Numbered from the stretch's first letter, positions 11,093 to 23,191 are shown. The stretch: DNA of 64,000 nucleotides from Dehalococcoidia bacterium (GCA_965249225.1 CBDFLT010000009.1:159593-223592), one strand, 5' to 3'. The notes: generated from the letters alone by a model not told the origin. Program-made: numbers and translations.

Positions 11093-13918
11093 CTACTCCT
11101 CTCCCTGAACCTGCTCCTCCAGGCGTTCCAGGGACTCCTCGATGCTGGACAGGTTGTCCTTGAGCCCTTGAATCGCGCCGCGGAGGCTTTCGAGCGGAGA
11201 CTCCAACCCATCCTCAGATGCCGTATCCTCCGATACAGCGGGCTCTTCGGCCACGAGTTCCCCGACCGCATCGGGCGTCGTGACCCTCGGCGGCGAGACC
11301 GCGGTCAACGACTCAAGCGCCTCTTCCACCGTGTCCTCCATCACCACCTTGTCCACCGACGCCAGGATCACCTTTTTAAGCTCGGGAAACTCGACTCCCT
11401 CCGCCTGGAGATAGATCGGTTCGGCGTATAACAGGCTCTCCCCTAGTGGGATCACCAGGAGATTGCCCCTGATGCAGAAGGAGCCCGCCTGGCAACGAAG
11501 GGTAAACCATTGAGATATGAACTGGTCGTTGTCGATCCTGGCCTCTATCTGCTCGGGGCCGTCCACCTGCCGGTCTTTGGGGAAGTTGAAAGCTATCAGC
11601 CTGCCGTAGTTCTCACCGTCGCTGCGTGCCGCCAGCCAGCCGATGAGGTTCTTACGCTGATTCGGAGTGTAGGGCATGAGCAGTACGAACTCTTCCCGCT
11701 CCTCCTGCGGCAGCTTCATTATCACGTAGTAAGGCTCCACATTTTGCAACGCCTCGCCCTGGCCGAACTTCTCCTGGGGTATGCTCCACAGGTCCTCGTT
11801 GTTGTAAAAGTTCAATGGCTCCTTCATATGGTACTTGACATACGTCAGCGCCTGGAACAGGAAGAAGTCCTGGGGATAGCGGGTGTGGGCGCGCATCGAC
11901 TCGGGCATACCGTTCTTCGGGTCGTCCATAGGCACCAACAGATCGGGAAATATCTTATTGTACGTCTTGATCAACGGGTCCTCGGCGTCGGCGATGTAGA
12001 ACCGGACCGTGCCATTGTAAGCATCGACGGAGACCTTGACGCTGTTGCGGATGTAGTTGAAGCCGCCTTCAAGGGGATCGGAGTAAGGAAAGCGGTCCGT
12101 GGTGGTGTAAGCGTCCTGTATCCAGAATATCTGGCCCTCCACAGCCACTATGTACGGGTCCTGGTCCAGCAATAGGAACGGCGCGATAGTGGAAATCCGC
12201 TCTTGTACCTGCCTCTTGTACTGAATCAGGCTGTCCCCCCTAAGCTCACCACTGATGAGGATGTTGATGTCGCCAAGCTCCCACGCGTAGGCCAGCTTTC
12301 TGAAGAACGAGCTGAGCTTTACACCTCCGGACCCGAAGTAGTTCGTACGGAATAAGTCCCCCTCTTGGGTCTGATAGTCCACCTCGTCCGTTTTGGTGTT
12401 AACGATCACGTAGTCGGTGGTGTTCTCGCCGTAGTAGATACGCGGGTTGGTAATGATCGTTTCCACCTCTCCTGCTGGGCCATCGACAGCCGACCTCGAC
12501 CCGACAGGAATGATCCCCTCGGATGGAATGTCCTTGGCCAGGAACGTGGGCCGGCCCTCACGTGTGAACTCGGTAACGGGACTCATGGCCAGGCCAAATC
12601 CGTGAGTGTAAATCAGCCTCTCGTTAACCCACGTCTGCGCATCGACCTCCAGCTTCTCCGGCGCGACCTCACGCGCGGCCAGCAGGACCTGACGATACTC
12701 GCCATCAACGACGTACCGGTCGACGTCGGCCTCCTTGAAGTCGTAGTAAGGGCGGATCAACTGGATCTGCTTGTACACGCTGGTCAGGGGGCCGTGGTCC
12801 CATAACCTGATATTGTTGACGGTCTGCAGGTTATCCGCGACGATATCGGCGGTCAACATTACGTCGGCCGGGTAGAACCTCTCCTCTACCCGATCAAGCG
12901 CGAAGCCCAACCGCGTGAACTCGATGTTGTGCGCTATGTACGGCTGCTCTTTAACGAATTCATTGGGGTTCACCGTGAACCGCTGCATCAGTCCCGGCCA
13001 CACCGCTGCGAGGACGAGGGCCATAACGACCCACAGAGCCAACGCTCCCACCAACAGCCGGACGCGCCGCATATAGGCGTTCACAAGCATAAGGACCCCG
13101 GCGCCGACGGCCACGATGGTAAGTATGAGCAGCGCCGTCTTACGGGCGTGTAGATCGGTGTACGCGGCGCCGAAGACTGCTCCATGGCCCGAGAGCACTA
13201 AGTCCCACCTGTCCAGCCAGTGCCCCAGGCCCAGAATAAACATGATGATGGCGGCGATTATGGAGACGTGCACTTTGAGAGAGGTAGTTATCTGGAACCT
13301 GACGTTCCTCAAGCTGAAGTTCACGTAGTAAATGGCCAGGGTGGCGAGCAGGATCACGATGGCGGCGCCGAGCAACCATCCCTGGACGAAGTTGAACATG
13401 GGCATGGTAAATACATAGAAGGAGACATCCCTGTCGTAGACGGGGTCCCTCACGCCAAACGACACCCCATGCAGAAACCTCAGCCACGTCTCCCACTGTC
13501 CCGCGGCGATGGCCCCGAAGATCACGCTGAAGATAATTCCCGCGCCGATAGTCCCCCATAGAACCAGCCTCTTCAGAAGCTTCACAACTTCAGGGGGCAA
13601 GGGCATCGATTCCGGCCCCTGGGAGTACCTGTTGGCGAAGTACAGGCTTGCCCCCAGAAGACACGCCATCACCACCCCACCAATCAGGAACAGGTACACA
13701 CGGGTGGCTATGATCTTGGCGTAGACACCCCTCAGTCCAAGCTGGCCGTACCAGAGCCAATCGGTGTACACGGACTTCAAGAAGTTCAGCGTCACAAATA
13801 GGAGAATTAGGGCCAGCAAGACGAGACCCCACTTGACCCAACGGCCCAGGTTGGTTGGAATCTGCTGTCCCTCGAAATCGATGGGAAACTCTGAGGTTTG
13901 CTCGAAGTCGGCAGCCAC
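11093..13918 (-). CDS. UPF0182 (COG1615) family large polytopic membrane protein
   Basis: 941 aa. The N-terminal ~300 aa has multiple hydrophobic helices, followed by a large soluble part ending GNLLVIPLGESLLYAEPIYLQAE. This matches my recollection of UPF0182. Confidence 0.7.
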   Translation of the reverse strand: MAADFEQTSEFPIDFEGQQIPTNLGRWVKWGLVLLALILLFVTLNFLKSVYTDWLWYGQLGLRGVYAKIIATRVYLFLIGGVVMACLLGASLYFANRYSQGPESMPLPPEVVKLLKRLVLWGTIGAGIIFSVIFGAIAAGQWETWLRFLHGVSFGVRDPVYDRDVSFYVFTMPMFNFVQGWLLGAAIVILLATLAIYYVNFSLRNVRFQITTSLKVHVSIIAAIIMFILGLGHWLDRWDLVLSGHGAVFGAAYTDLHARKTALLILTIVAVGAGVLMLVNAYMRRVRLLVGALALWVVMALVLAAVWPGLMQRFTVNPNEFVKEQPYIAHNIEFTRLGFALDRVEERFYPADVMLTADIVADNLQTVNNIRLWDHGPLTSVYKQIQLIRPYYDFKEADVDRYVVDGEYRQVLLAAREVAPEKLEVDAQTWVNERLIYTHGFGLAMSPVTEFTREGRPTFLAKDIPSEGIIPVGSRSAVDGPAGEVETIITNPRIYYGENTTDYVIVNTKTDEVDYQTQEGDLFRTNYFGSGGVKLSSFFRKLAYAWELGDINILISGELRGDSLIQYKRQVQERISTIAPFLLLDQDPYIVAVEGQIFWIQDAYTTTDRFPYSDPLEGGFNYIRNSVKVSVDAYNGTVRFYIADAEDPLIKTYNKIFPDLLVPMDDPKNGMPESMRAHTRYPQDFFLFQALTYVKYHMKEPLNFYNNEDLWSIPQEKFGQGEALQNVEPYYVIMKLPQEEREEFVLLMPYTPNQRKNLIGWLAARSDGENYGRLIAFNFPKDRQVDGPEQIEARIDNDQFISQWFTLRCQAGSFCIRGNLLVIPLGESLLYAEPIYLQAEGVEFPELKKVILASVDKVVMEDTVEEALESLTAVSPPRVTTPDAVGELVAEEPAVSEDTASEDGLESPLESLRGAIQGLKDNLSSIEESLERLEEQVQGEE

Positions 13919-13927
13919 TTTATTCGC

Positions 13928-14842
13928 CTAACCGATCCGCGTTCCCAACGCCTTGCCCTCCAGGATGTCCAGGAGAGCCCGTGGCCTGCGCCCGTCGATA
14001 ATGTGAGCGGCGTCTACAGTGCCCAGAGCTTTAAGACACGCCTCCAGCTTCGGAATCATCCCACCCCCTACCACTTTTGAAGACACCAAGCCCATGGCAC
14101 GACGCTCGGTAAGCCGGGAGATCAGGCGACGAGACGGTAAGAGAACGCCCTCCACGTCCGTGAGGAATACGAGACGCTTCGCGTCCAGCGCCGCGGCGAT
14201 CTCGCCCGCCGCGGCGTCGGCGTTCACATTAAGAAGCGAACCCGAGAGTTCAGAACCATCATCACGGTGGACCGCCACCGGGGCGATAATAGGAATAGAG
14301 CCGGAATCGAGAACGGCCTGGATGGGGCCAGTGTCAACGCTTTTCACCCTCCCCACCAGTCCCAGTTCAGGGTCTTGGATCTCGCACTGTAACATGCGCC
14401 CATCCACCCCACTCAGCCCTACCGCCTTGCCACCGATGCTGAGTATGGACCCCACCAGTTGCTTGTTGACAAGCCCCGTCAACACAGCCACGACGATCTC
14501 CAGACTCGCCTTGTCGGTCACCCGAAGTCCCCGGACAAACCTGGGCCGGACGCCCTGCTTTATCATCCAGTCGGAGATCGTCTTGCCGCCACCGTGCACC
14601 ACCACGGCCCGAATACCTTTACGCTGAAGAACCACGAGGTCCTCCAGGGTGGTATCGTGGTCTCCAAACGTACTTCCGCCGATTTTGACAACTATCGTCC
14701 CATCGGGATCCGGTGCCTCCTTTGGAGTGCTGCGAATATGCGAGTCTGACAGGGGTTCTTGGTCCGGCGAGCCCTGCTCGGAGTTCTGTGGCCGCTCACC
14801 GGAGCGAGGTCCCTGCGATTCCATAAACACGAGGTCGGTCAA
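13928..14842 (-). CDS. argB: Acetylglutamate kinase (with ~50-aa low-complexity N-terminal extension)
   Basis: Amino-acid kinase motifs VVKIGGS, VVVHGGG and VNADAAAGEIA. Confidence 0.85.
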   Translation of the reverse strand: MTDLVFMESQGPRSGERPQNSEQGSPDQEPLSDSHIRSTPKEAPDPDGTIVVKIGGSTFGDHDTTLEDLVVLQRKGIRAVVVHGGGKTISDWMIKQGVRPRFVRGLRVTDKASLEIVVAVLTGLVNKQLVGSILSIGGKAVGLSGVDGRMLQCEIQDPELGLVGRVKSVDTGPIQAVLDSGSIPIIAPVAVHRDDGSELSGSLLNVNADAAAGEIAAALDAKRLVFLTDVEGVLLPSRRLISRLTERRAMGLVSSKVVGGGMIPKLEACLKALGTVDAAHIIDGRRPRALLDILEGKALGTRIG

Positions 14843-14846
14843 ACGA

Positions 14847-16064
14847 TCAAGTGCTGTAAGCGGAATTCAGGGTAACGTACTCCTCGGTGAGATCGCAGCC
14901 CCACGCCGTAGCGCTGGCGTCGCCGATATTGAGGTTGGCTCGCAGGCGCACTTCGGGCACGCCCATACTGCTCACCACCGCCTCATGGAAGAAGGGTATG
15001 GCGCTCCCCTCATGCACAATATGGATGTCGTTGACGAAGAGGTCGATCTTGGTCTCGACGACCTCAGCGCTGCTATTTCCAATGGCGGCTAACACCCGTC
15101 CCCAGTTAGGGTCGAGCCCATGCACCATGGCCTTGACCAGGACCGAGGCGGCCACCCCCCTGGCGGCGTCACGGGCGTCGGCCAACGTCTTCGCCCCGTC
15201 CACAACCACCTCGATCACCCTCTCGGCCCCCTCCGCGTCGCGGACGATCTCCTTAGCCAGCCCTATGCAGACGTAGGTCAGCGCCTCTTGGAACGAATCG
15301 GCCGAGGCCGAGCCGGCATTGATAACAGGGCCGCCGGCAGCGCCGTTCGCCAGCGCCAGCACAGTGTCGTTGGTGCTCTGGTCGCGGTCGACCGTAATCA
15401 TGTTGAAGGAAGAGTTCACCGACTCAGCAAGGGCGTCCTGGAAAAACCCAGCCTCAACTCGGGCGTCCGTGGCGATGAAACAGAGCATTGTGGCCATATT
15501 GGGGTGGATCATGGCGGCACCCTTGACGGCGCCTCCGATGATGATCCTATGTCCATCCGACTCTATGGATATGGCGATCTGCTTCGGCCGTGTATCGGTG
15601 GTCATGATGGACCGAGCAAACCGCTCGCCACCGTCCGTGCCGACTTTGATTTCGCCGATGTTCTGGCGAATGAGGCCCATGGGCAGCTCCATGCCTATGA
15701 TGCCGGTGCTGCACACCAGGGTCTCATCGGGCTTGATGCCGACGTGGGCGGCCGCCAACGCGGCCATCTCCTCGGCGTCCTTGATGCCCTGTTCCCCCAC
15801 GAGGCAGTTGGCGCAGCCGCTGTTGGCCACAACCGCCTGAGCGGATTGCCTCTTCGCACGCCGACGGCTCACCGTCACCGACCCCGACTCGACAGAGTTG
15901 GTGGTGAAGGTGGCCGCCAGCACAGCAGGCTGATCCGACAGAAGGATGCCCAAGTCCAACACGTCGTCCCCCTCCGACTTGAGTCCCGCGAATGTCCCTC
16001 CAGCGGAAAACCCCTTGGCGGAAGTAACGCCTCCACCCTGAATAAGCTCGATCATTGCCAGCAT
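14847..16064 (-). CDS. argJ: Bifunctional ornithine acetyltransferase / N-acetylglutamate synthase
   Basis: 405 aa with the autoproteolytic site context ATMLCFIATDA and a C-terminus ending YVTLNSAYST, typical of ArgJ. Confidence 0.9.
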   Translation of the reverse strand: MLAMIELIQGGGVTSAKGFSAGGTFAGLKSEGDDVLDLGILLSDQPAVLAATFTTNSVESGSVTVSRRRAKRQSAQAVVANSGCANCLVGEQGIKDAEEMAALAAAHVGIKPDETLVCSTGIIGMELPMGLIRQNIGEIKVGTDGGERFARSIMTTDTRPKQIAISIESDGHRIIIGGAVKGAAMIHPNMATMLCFIATDARVEAGFFQDALAESVNSSFNMITVDRDQSTNDTVLALANGAAGGPVINAGSASADSFQEALTYVCIGLAKEIVRDAEGAERVIEVVVDGAKTLADARDAARGVAASVLVKAMVHGLDPNWGRVLAAIGNSSAEVVETKIDLFVNDIHIVHEGSAIPFFHEAVVSSMGVPEVRLRANLNIGDASATAWGCDLTEEYVTLNSAYST

Positions 16065-16262
16065 CGGTCGTCCTTAACCATGTCCAACCGTGCGCGTTAA
16101 TCTGGATGCGATGCGGCGCACGCAACGACGGAAGTATAGCATACAGGCCGGGTGGCGAAAAGCGACGGGCCTCCGAGCCATCGGGGCGGACCCGCTTTTG
16201 GAAGGACATCGGCCACCGATTTTCCTGCTACAATCGGACCATAAATTAGCCGCTGGACGCTT

Positions 16263-16691
16263 GTGGGTACTTCATTAGGCCGATTCGAAGTGGTTGAGCA
16301 CACTGCCGACGTGGCCGTTGTGGCCACCGCAGATACCCTGGCGGAGGCCTTGTCCCTCGTCGCCACAGGCATGTTCAGCGTCATAGCCGATCTGGACACC
16401 GTCTCAAAGACGCACTCCGTCAAGGTGGCGGTCTCCTCCACAGACACCGAGGCGCTCGTGGTCGACTGGCTCAACGAGCTACTCTACCGGTACGAGGCCG
16501 AAGGGTTCCTGCCCAAGGAGCTCCACGTTTCGGTCGACGAGGGTAATGTAGCCCTCAACGCGGAGTGTCTGGGAGAGCCATTCGACCCCGGACGCCACCA
16601 GCTCGGCACCGCCGTCAAGGCGGCTACCTACCACCTACTGCAGGTGTCGCGCGACGGCCAGTGGGGTATTCGGGTCGTCCTTGACGTGTAG
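16263..16691 (+). CDS. Archease (RtcB activator)
   Basis: 142 aa with N-terminal FEVVEHTADVAV and C-terminal VKAATYH motifs. It lies immediately upstream of rtcB. Confidence 0.8.
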   Translation: MGTSLGRFEVVEHTADVAVVATADTLAEALSLVATGMFSVIADLDTVSKTHSVKVAVSSTDTEALVVDWLNELLYRYEAEGFLPKELHVSVDEGNVALNAECLGEPFDPGRHQLGTAVKAATYHLLQVSRDGQWGIRVVLDV

Positions 16692-16736
16692 CCTAGCCTC
16701 TGATCAGTCAGCGTACGCTGAGAGGAATCTGCCCAC

Positions 16737-18194
16737 ATGGCCCGCACCGACGCGCTGAAAAGGCTGGACGAAAACCGCTGGGAGCTCCCTCAGGACTCCA
16801 GGCCTGGGATGCGAGTCCCCGGACTGCTGTTCGCCGACGAGTCACTGCTCAAGCTGATAAAAGACGACCCCTGCATAGACCAGGTGGCCAATGTAGCCTG
16901 CCTGCCAGGGATTGTTGGATACTCCATGGCCATGCCCGACATCCATTGGGGCTATGGCTTCCCCATAGGGGGCGTCGCGGCCACCGAAGCCGATGGCGAA
17001 GGTGTAGTATCTCCCGGAGGCGTGGGCTTCGACATCAACTGCGGCATCCGCCTTCTGCGAACGGACCTCCTGGAGGCCGAGGTGCGCCCCCATCTCGAGG
17101 ACCTAGTGGCAACGCTGTTTCGGGAGATTCACACGGGGCTGGGACAGGGCGGACGGCTCCTGCTCAAGGCGAAGGAGGTCGACCAGGTGCTTGCACAAGG
17201 GGGCGCCTGGGCTGTGAAGCGTGGCTTCGGCCATCCAGAAGACCTGAAGACGACCGAGGAGGAGGGGTGCATGACGGGCGCCGAGCCCAGCGCGGTCGGC
17301 GACCGCCCCAAGAAACGTGGCGCCCCTCAGCTGGGGACGCTCGGCTCTGGAAACCACTTCCTCGAGGTCCAGGCGGTGGATGAAATCTTCCACGCCGACG
17401 CCGCCAGGGCGATGGGGATTCATGAGGTGGGCCAGGTAACCGTCATGGTCCACTGCGGCTCCCGTGGGCTGGGCCACCAGGTGTGCACGGACTCGCTACG
17501 GGCCATAGACGCCGCTAGCAAACGCTACGGCATCAATGTCCCTGACCGCCAGTTGGCATGCGTGCCCGTGTCATCTCCGGAGGGCGCTACCTACATGGCC
17601 GCCATGCAGGCCTCGGCCAACTTCGCCTGGGCCAACCGCCAGTGCATAGCTCATCTGACCCGTGAGTGCTTCGAGCAGGTGTTCAGCCGTTCCTGGGAGG
17701 ACATGGGCATCTGGCAGGTGTACGACGTCAGCCACAACATGGCCAAGATCGAGGACCACGTAGTAGAGGGCCGGCGAAAGCGGCTCTGCGTCCATCGAAA
17801 GGGTGCCACGCGGTCCCTTCCACCCGGCCACCCCGACATACCGGAACGCTACCGGGACATCGGCCAGCCGGTAATGGTGCCGGGGGACATGGGCCGCTAC
17901 TCCTTCCTGGCCGTGGGAGGACCGAAGGCGATGGAAGAGTCGTTCGGCTCCAGCGCCCACGGCGCCGGGCGAGCCGAGAGCAGGACCAAGGCGAAGAAGC
18001 TGCTGAAGGGACGGGACATCCGTCAGGAGCTGGCGGATCAGGGTATCGTAGCCATGGCCCGTGGGTGGGCCGGGTTGGCGGAGGAGGCGTCCATAGCCTA
18101 CAAGAACGTAGAGGACGTCATGCGGGTCTCCGAGAGCGCGGGCCTCTGCACCAAGGTGGCGCGGCTGCGGCCCCTAGGGGTGATCAAGGGCTGA
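16737..18194 (+). CDS. rtcB: RNA 3'-phosphate/2',3'-cyclic phosphate ligase RtcB
   Basis: 485 aa with MPDIHWGYGFPIGG, FDINCGIR, GSGNHFLE, HCGSRGLGHQ and SAHGAGR. Confidence 0.9.
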   Translation: MARTDALKRLDENRWELPQDSRPGMRVPGLLFADESLLKLIKDDPCIDQVANVACLPGIVGYSMAMPDIHWGYGFPIGGVAATEADGEGVVSPGGVGFDINCGIRLLRTDLLEAEVRPHLEDLVATLFREIHTGLGQGGRLLLKAKEVDQVLAQGGAWAVKRGFGHPEDLKTTEEEGCMTGAEPSAVGDRPKKRGAPQLGTLGSGNHFLEVQAVDEIFHADAARAMGIHEVGQVTVMVHCGSRGLGHQVCTDSLRAIDAASKRYGINVPDRQLACVPVSSPEGATYMAAMQASANFAWANRQCIAHLTRECFEQVFSRSWEDMGIWQVYDVSHNMAKIEDHVVEGRRKRLCVHRKGATRSLPPGHPDIPERYRDIGQPVMVPGDMGRYSFLAVGGPKAMEESFGSSAHGAGRAESRTKAKKLLKGRDIRQELADQGIVAMARGWAGLAEEASIAYKNVEDVMRVSESAGLCTKVARLRPLGVIKG

Positions 18195-18246
18195 CAATTA
18201 GAACCCTTCTTCATCCTCTGACGAGTACCCCACCGGCGGGGCATCC

Positions 18247-19677
<1,431 letters not shown>

Positions 19678-19857
19678 GTTCTCCTAATTCGTTAAGGGCG
19701 TCGTGTCAGACCTTACATACAGCTATGCAAAATCGCCTATTAGTCCGTATGCGTGCACTCCGCCGGGCAGGTCCATTTTGAATCTCTCTCAATACAATTG
19801 TACTCTTCTCAGGTCTCGACGTCAGCCAAACTGTGGAGAGGCGGCCCAGGGCTTCCG

Positions 19858-21609
19858 CTATTCGTCGACAGTTACAATGTAAACGCCCTTGGCCCTGTCG
19901 AGGAGGGAGTTCTCGTAGCTATAGTGAGCGTAGATAAGAACCCGCTGCCTCCCATCGGTCAGCCGCTGGCGCGCGAAGGGAACCGGGTTCCATCCCACCA
20001 TCCTCAACAAGCGCGTCTTGCTCTCGACGGTGGATTGAAGGCCCTGGAAGTCGATGGTGAGGTAGTTGACGGTCATGGCGAAATCGTCTGCCACTTCCTT
20101 GCCGGTTAGTAGAATGGACATCGATCCGCGCTCACCAGAGGACGGAGGTTGACCAATAACCATCCAGGTCAACGCATGGTCCCAGGGGACGACCTTGGCG
20201 AAGCCCTCCGGATATTGAGCGAATTCGCCTCCGCTAACGTCGGCGACCCACAGACCCCCGCCCTGCTCCTCGAACCCGTACAGGACCGAGAAGAGGTATC
20301 CGTCGTCGCCGGTGAGATACGGAGAGTGGCTATAGAGATGCTCTGGACGATTTGTCTCCGTATCGGTCGGAAGCGGGTACTGGACAAGCTGGTAGGAGTC
20401 CGGATCATCGACATCCACCGTGTACACCGACTGCCAGCGCGGATCGGCCGACCCACCATCCGATGGGTCCGGCCAGCCCTCGGTGCTCAAAAGTAGGTAG
20501 GTAGAGTCCTCGCGCCGGATAGGCATGGCCGTCAGGATGGCGCCCGGCGCTACGTAGACCACTTCTGGATTGCGCATAGAGGGGTCGGTCCTTATCACGA
20601 GGTTACGCCGCTCTCTATCCGGCTCTTGGGGCCGCCATATAAGATGATATACTTCCTCACCCGCCTTGCGAGTCGCTCGCACTTGATCGCAGTCCCGCAG
20701 ACCTTCTACTCCCAGCGACTGCAGGCGGGCCTCTCGCCAGTACCGGTTGGTACCAAAGAACGTGGAATCACGGCCATGAGGCGCGGCAGACGCCTGGCCT
20801 ACCATCTCCATGAGAGACCCGCCTCCATTATTTGCATCCGGACCAGGAACGTTGGGAAGGAAGCCTATTGAAGTGAGGAGGTCCTGGTACGCGCGGGACG
20901 ACACGGCCTCACGGTAGATCTCGCACATCTTGGGGGCCAGATGCGCCGGGGGCTCTCTCTGCAATTCGAAGGGAAGGGCCAGTATCTCCTCCTCGTACTC
21001 GCGCGCAATTTGGGAGGTGCCTGACACCAGGGTCACGGCGTCCACGAGGAAGTGGGTTGGGCCGCTGGTCCCTGGTTTGGCGCTTCGCCACTCATCGGGT
21101 ATCCGGTCGGGTATCACCAGAAACGAGCCGTCGGGGAAGACCTCGCTGATAGTACCGGTCGTCTCTCGCCCAGGCCGGTACTCAAAGGTGATGCGGTGGA
21201 ATAGGGTACGGGCGCCCACGGGGTCCTGGAGTTTGCGCAACACGTCCCGGTCCAACGGCACTCCCAGGCGCCGGTGCAAACGCTCGACCTTTTGGCTGGG
21301 GTGCTCGCCGACAAGCTCAGATTCGATGGCCAGCAGGTCGAGATAACGGACCCCAGTCTCGTGTGAAAGCCGGACCTTTGCCCTGCCCTCCCACTCCACA
21401 ATCATCTCAGGAAGCCCAGCAACAGGAACCTGAACTCCGGACTCGGTCTCTGCCACGAACCCGGGTTTGACCAGTTGGGCCACCGAGGGTACGTCCACGT
21501 CCTCAGTGGAATCCCCTCCGCAAGCCAAGGCTAGAGCCAAGAAGGCTCCAAGCATGCTCAAGCACAAGGCCTTGGGAAGACTCGCGCCGCGGGAGTTCGA
21601 TCCACCCAT
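19858..21609 (-). CDS. Hypothetical secreted lipoprotein (no recognisable domain)
   Basis: ATG at 21609 is preceded by GAGGAGG. It has a signal peptide with a lipobox (LALALACGG). It lies ~120 nt downstream of the archaellin array on the same strand. Confidence 0.5.
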   Translation of the reverse strand: MGGSNSRGASLPKALCLSMLGAFLALALACGGDSTEDVDVPSVAQLVKPGFVAETESGVQVPVAGLPEMIVEWEGRAKVRLSHETGVRYLDLLAIESELVGEHPSQKVERLHRRLGVPLDRDVLRKLQDPVGARTLFHRITFEYRPGRETTGTISEVFPDGSFLVIPDRIPDEWRSAKPGTSGPTHFLVDAVTLVSGTSQIAREYEEEILALPFELQREPPAHLAPKMCEIYREAVSSRAYQDLLTSIGFLPNVPGPDANNGGGSLMEMVGQASAAPHGRDSTFFGTNRYWREARLQSLGVEGLRDCDQVRATRKAGEEVYHLIWRPQEPDRERRNLVIRTDPSMRNPEVVYVAPGAILTAMPIRREDSTYLLLSTEGWPDPSDGGSADPRWQSVYTVDVDDPDSYQLVQYPLPTDTETNRPEHLYSHSPYLTGDDGYLFSVLYGFEEQGGGLWVADVSGGEFAQYPEGFAKVVPWDHALTWMVIGQPPSSGERGSMSILLTGKEVADDFAMTVNYLTIDFQGLQSTVESKTRLLRMVGWNPVPFARQRLTDGRQRVLIYAHYSYENSLLDRAKGVYIVTVDE

Positions 21610-21731
21610 CTCGCGCCTCCTCACCCGTGCCTCTGCCGAGCCTCCTCCGCGAGACCAGTCATGTCGCCCGGCGCAGAGCCAATTGGAGAACGCCACAGCC
21701 CAACGCATGTGTTACCCGGTAACGGACTCCG

Positions 21732-22325
21732 CTAATTCAAGTCCATGACCGTGGTAAGCTCGACCGGGGTTTTCCGTTGAAGGTTCAATACTGCGCCGAC
21801 GGCCGGCTTGAGCTGGATGGTGAACTCTTTGTCGGTCGTCAGCTTTGTGGTTATCCCCGAGATATCGGCGTCGATCTCAACGGTCTCTCCAGGGTTGACC
21901 AGGCTGCCACTGCCGGACAGCCAGGTGGGCGTCCAGGTGGACAGGTTTACGCTCTGGTCGGCGTCTATATATGTGACGACCGCCGCGTTGACGCCCGACG
22001 TGGACAGGTTTACAGCCGCCCCGCTTTTCGAGGCGTTGGTCACCTGGAACTTGATGTTGGTGACGTTGGACGGAGTGCTGGTGGATATGGCGATGACGGA
22101 GCCCCGCAATACCAGCGTAGACGACACCTCCTCGAGAGAACCCAGGATCGTTTGCTTGCTCTTCTCCGAGCTAAGCAGCCCCGTGCTCAAAATCGTGAAG
22201 GCGAACACCGACGCCACCACCACGAACGCGATGAGCACAATAGCCGTCTCTAGGCCAGTGATGCCCCGTTGGCCGTGCACGACCCGGAGGAATGACCTGC
22301 CCACTGACCTGAGAGTTGGTTTCAT
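21732..22325 (-). CDS. Archaellin-type (archaeal flagellin / class III signal peptide) protein, paralog 1
   Basis: ATG at 22325 is preceded by GAGGAGAG. N-terminus ...GQRGITGLETAIVLIAFVVVASVFAFTILSTGLLSSEKSKQTILGSLEE. Conserved C-terminus KEFTIQLKP.VGA. Confidence 0.8.
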   Translation of the reverse strand: MKPTLRSVGRSFLRVVHGQRGITGLETAIVLIAFVVVASVFAFTILSTGLLSSEKSKQTILGSLEEVSSTLVLRGSVIAISTSTPSNVTNIKFQVTNASKSGAAVNLSTSGVNAAVVTYIDADQSVNLSTWTPTWLSGSGSLVNPGETVEIDADISGITTKLTTDKEFTIQLKPAVGAVLNLQRKTPVELTTVMDLN

Positions 22326-22460
22326 CTGGGCACTCTCCTCTGATGATTGACCCTGGACCCTCTTTATCGCTCTAATGCCGAGGGCCGACCACCCGAGAAC
22401 ATCTCTGAGATGACCGGCCCCGATGAGCCGAAAGGCCACGGCTCGCAGGAGGGTATAATT

Positions 22461-23021
22461 CTAATTGAAGTCTATTATCGTAGTCAGCTCAGCCGGGGTC
22501 GTCCTGCTCACTATCAGCGACGCGCCCACGTTGGGCTTGAGCTGGATGGTGAACTCCTTGTTTGTGCTGAGCTTGGTGGTTAACCCCGAGATATCGACGT
22601 TGATCTCCACCGTCTCTCCGGGGTTGACCAGGGAGGAGCTGCCCGTAAGCCAGGTAGCTGTCCAGCTGGTCAAGTTCGAGGACTGGTCGGCGTCTACATA
22701 GGTCACGATGGCCGAGTTAACGCCCGACGTTGCCAGGTTCACAGCCTCACCGCTCTTTGAGGCGTTGGTCACCTGGAATCTGACATCTGTAACGGTGAAC
22801 GGTGTGCTGGTGGATATCCCCAACACTGAGCCGCGAATGACCAGCGTCGCGGCCGCCTCTTCCAGTCCACCGATTATGGTCTCCTTGCTCTTCTCAGAGC
22901 TAAGCAGCCCCGTGCTCAACACCGCGAAGGCGAACACCGACGCCACCACCACGAACGCTATGAGGACGATGGCCGTCTCAAGCCCCGTGATCCCCCTCTG
23001 GTCGTTCTCTACCTTTGCCAT
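22461..23021 (-). CDS. Archaellin-type protein, paralog 2
   Basis: Probable start MAKVENDQRGITGLETAIVLIAFVVVASVFAFAVLSTGLLSSEKSKETIIGGLEE. Conserved C-terminus NKEFTIQLKPNVGASL. Confidence 0.8.
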   Translation of the reverse strand: MAKVENDQRGITGLETAIVLIAFVVVASVFAFAVLSTGLLSSEKSKETIIGGLEEAAATLVIRGSVLGISTSTPFTVTDVRFQVTNASKSGEAVNLATSGVNSAIVTYVDADQSSNLTSWTATWLTGSSSLVNPGETVEINVDISGLTTKLSTNKEFTIQLKPNVGASLIVSRTTPAELTTIIDFN

Positions 23022-23191
23022 CCGCCCCGTTGCCCATGTAAATAATCGTTTCACTTCGGACTTACCCCCATTCTGCGTTTTTGTCTTTGTTTCCGCTCTC
23101 CAAACGTGCCCTTCAGCCACCACCTACTCGGTCTTACCGGGCCCGACTTTTGCGCCTAAAGCCTGATGAAAGACCGCACCTTCGATTACCG

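Noticed and set aside
11092-11271. A longer argD ORF starting at 11271 and overlapping the UPF0182 3' end.
   Set aside because: Aminotransferase homology begins at MPVDWKEL (ATG 11091), which sits 1 nt after the UPF0182 stop. The extra 60 aa are Arg/Ser/Trp-rich frame noise.
18195-18246. A possible bidirectional terminator between rtcB and rpoD (CCCC-ACCGGC-GGGG).
   Set aside because: It has only a 4-bp stem with a 6-nt loop and no U-tract, which is too weak to call.
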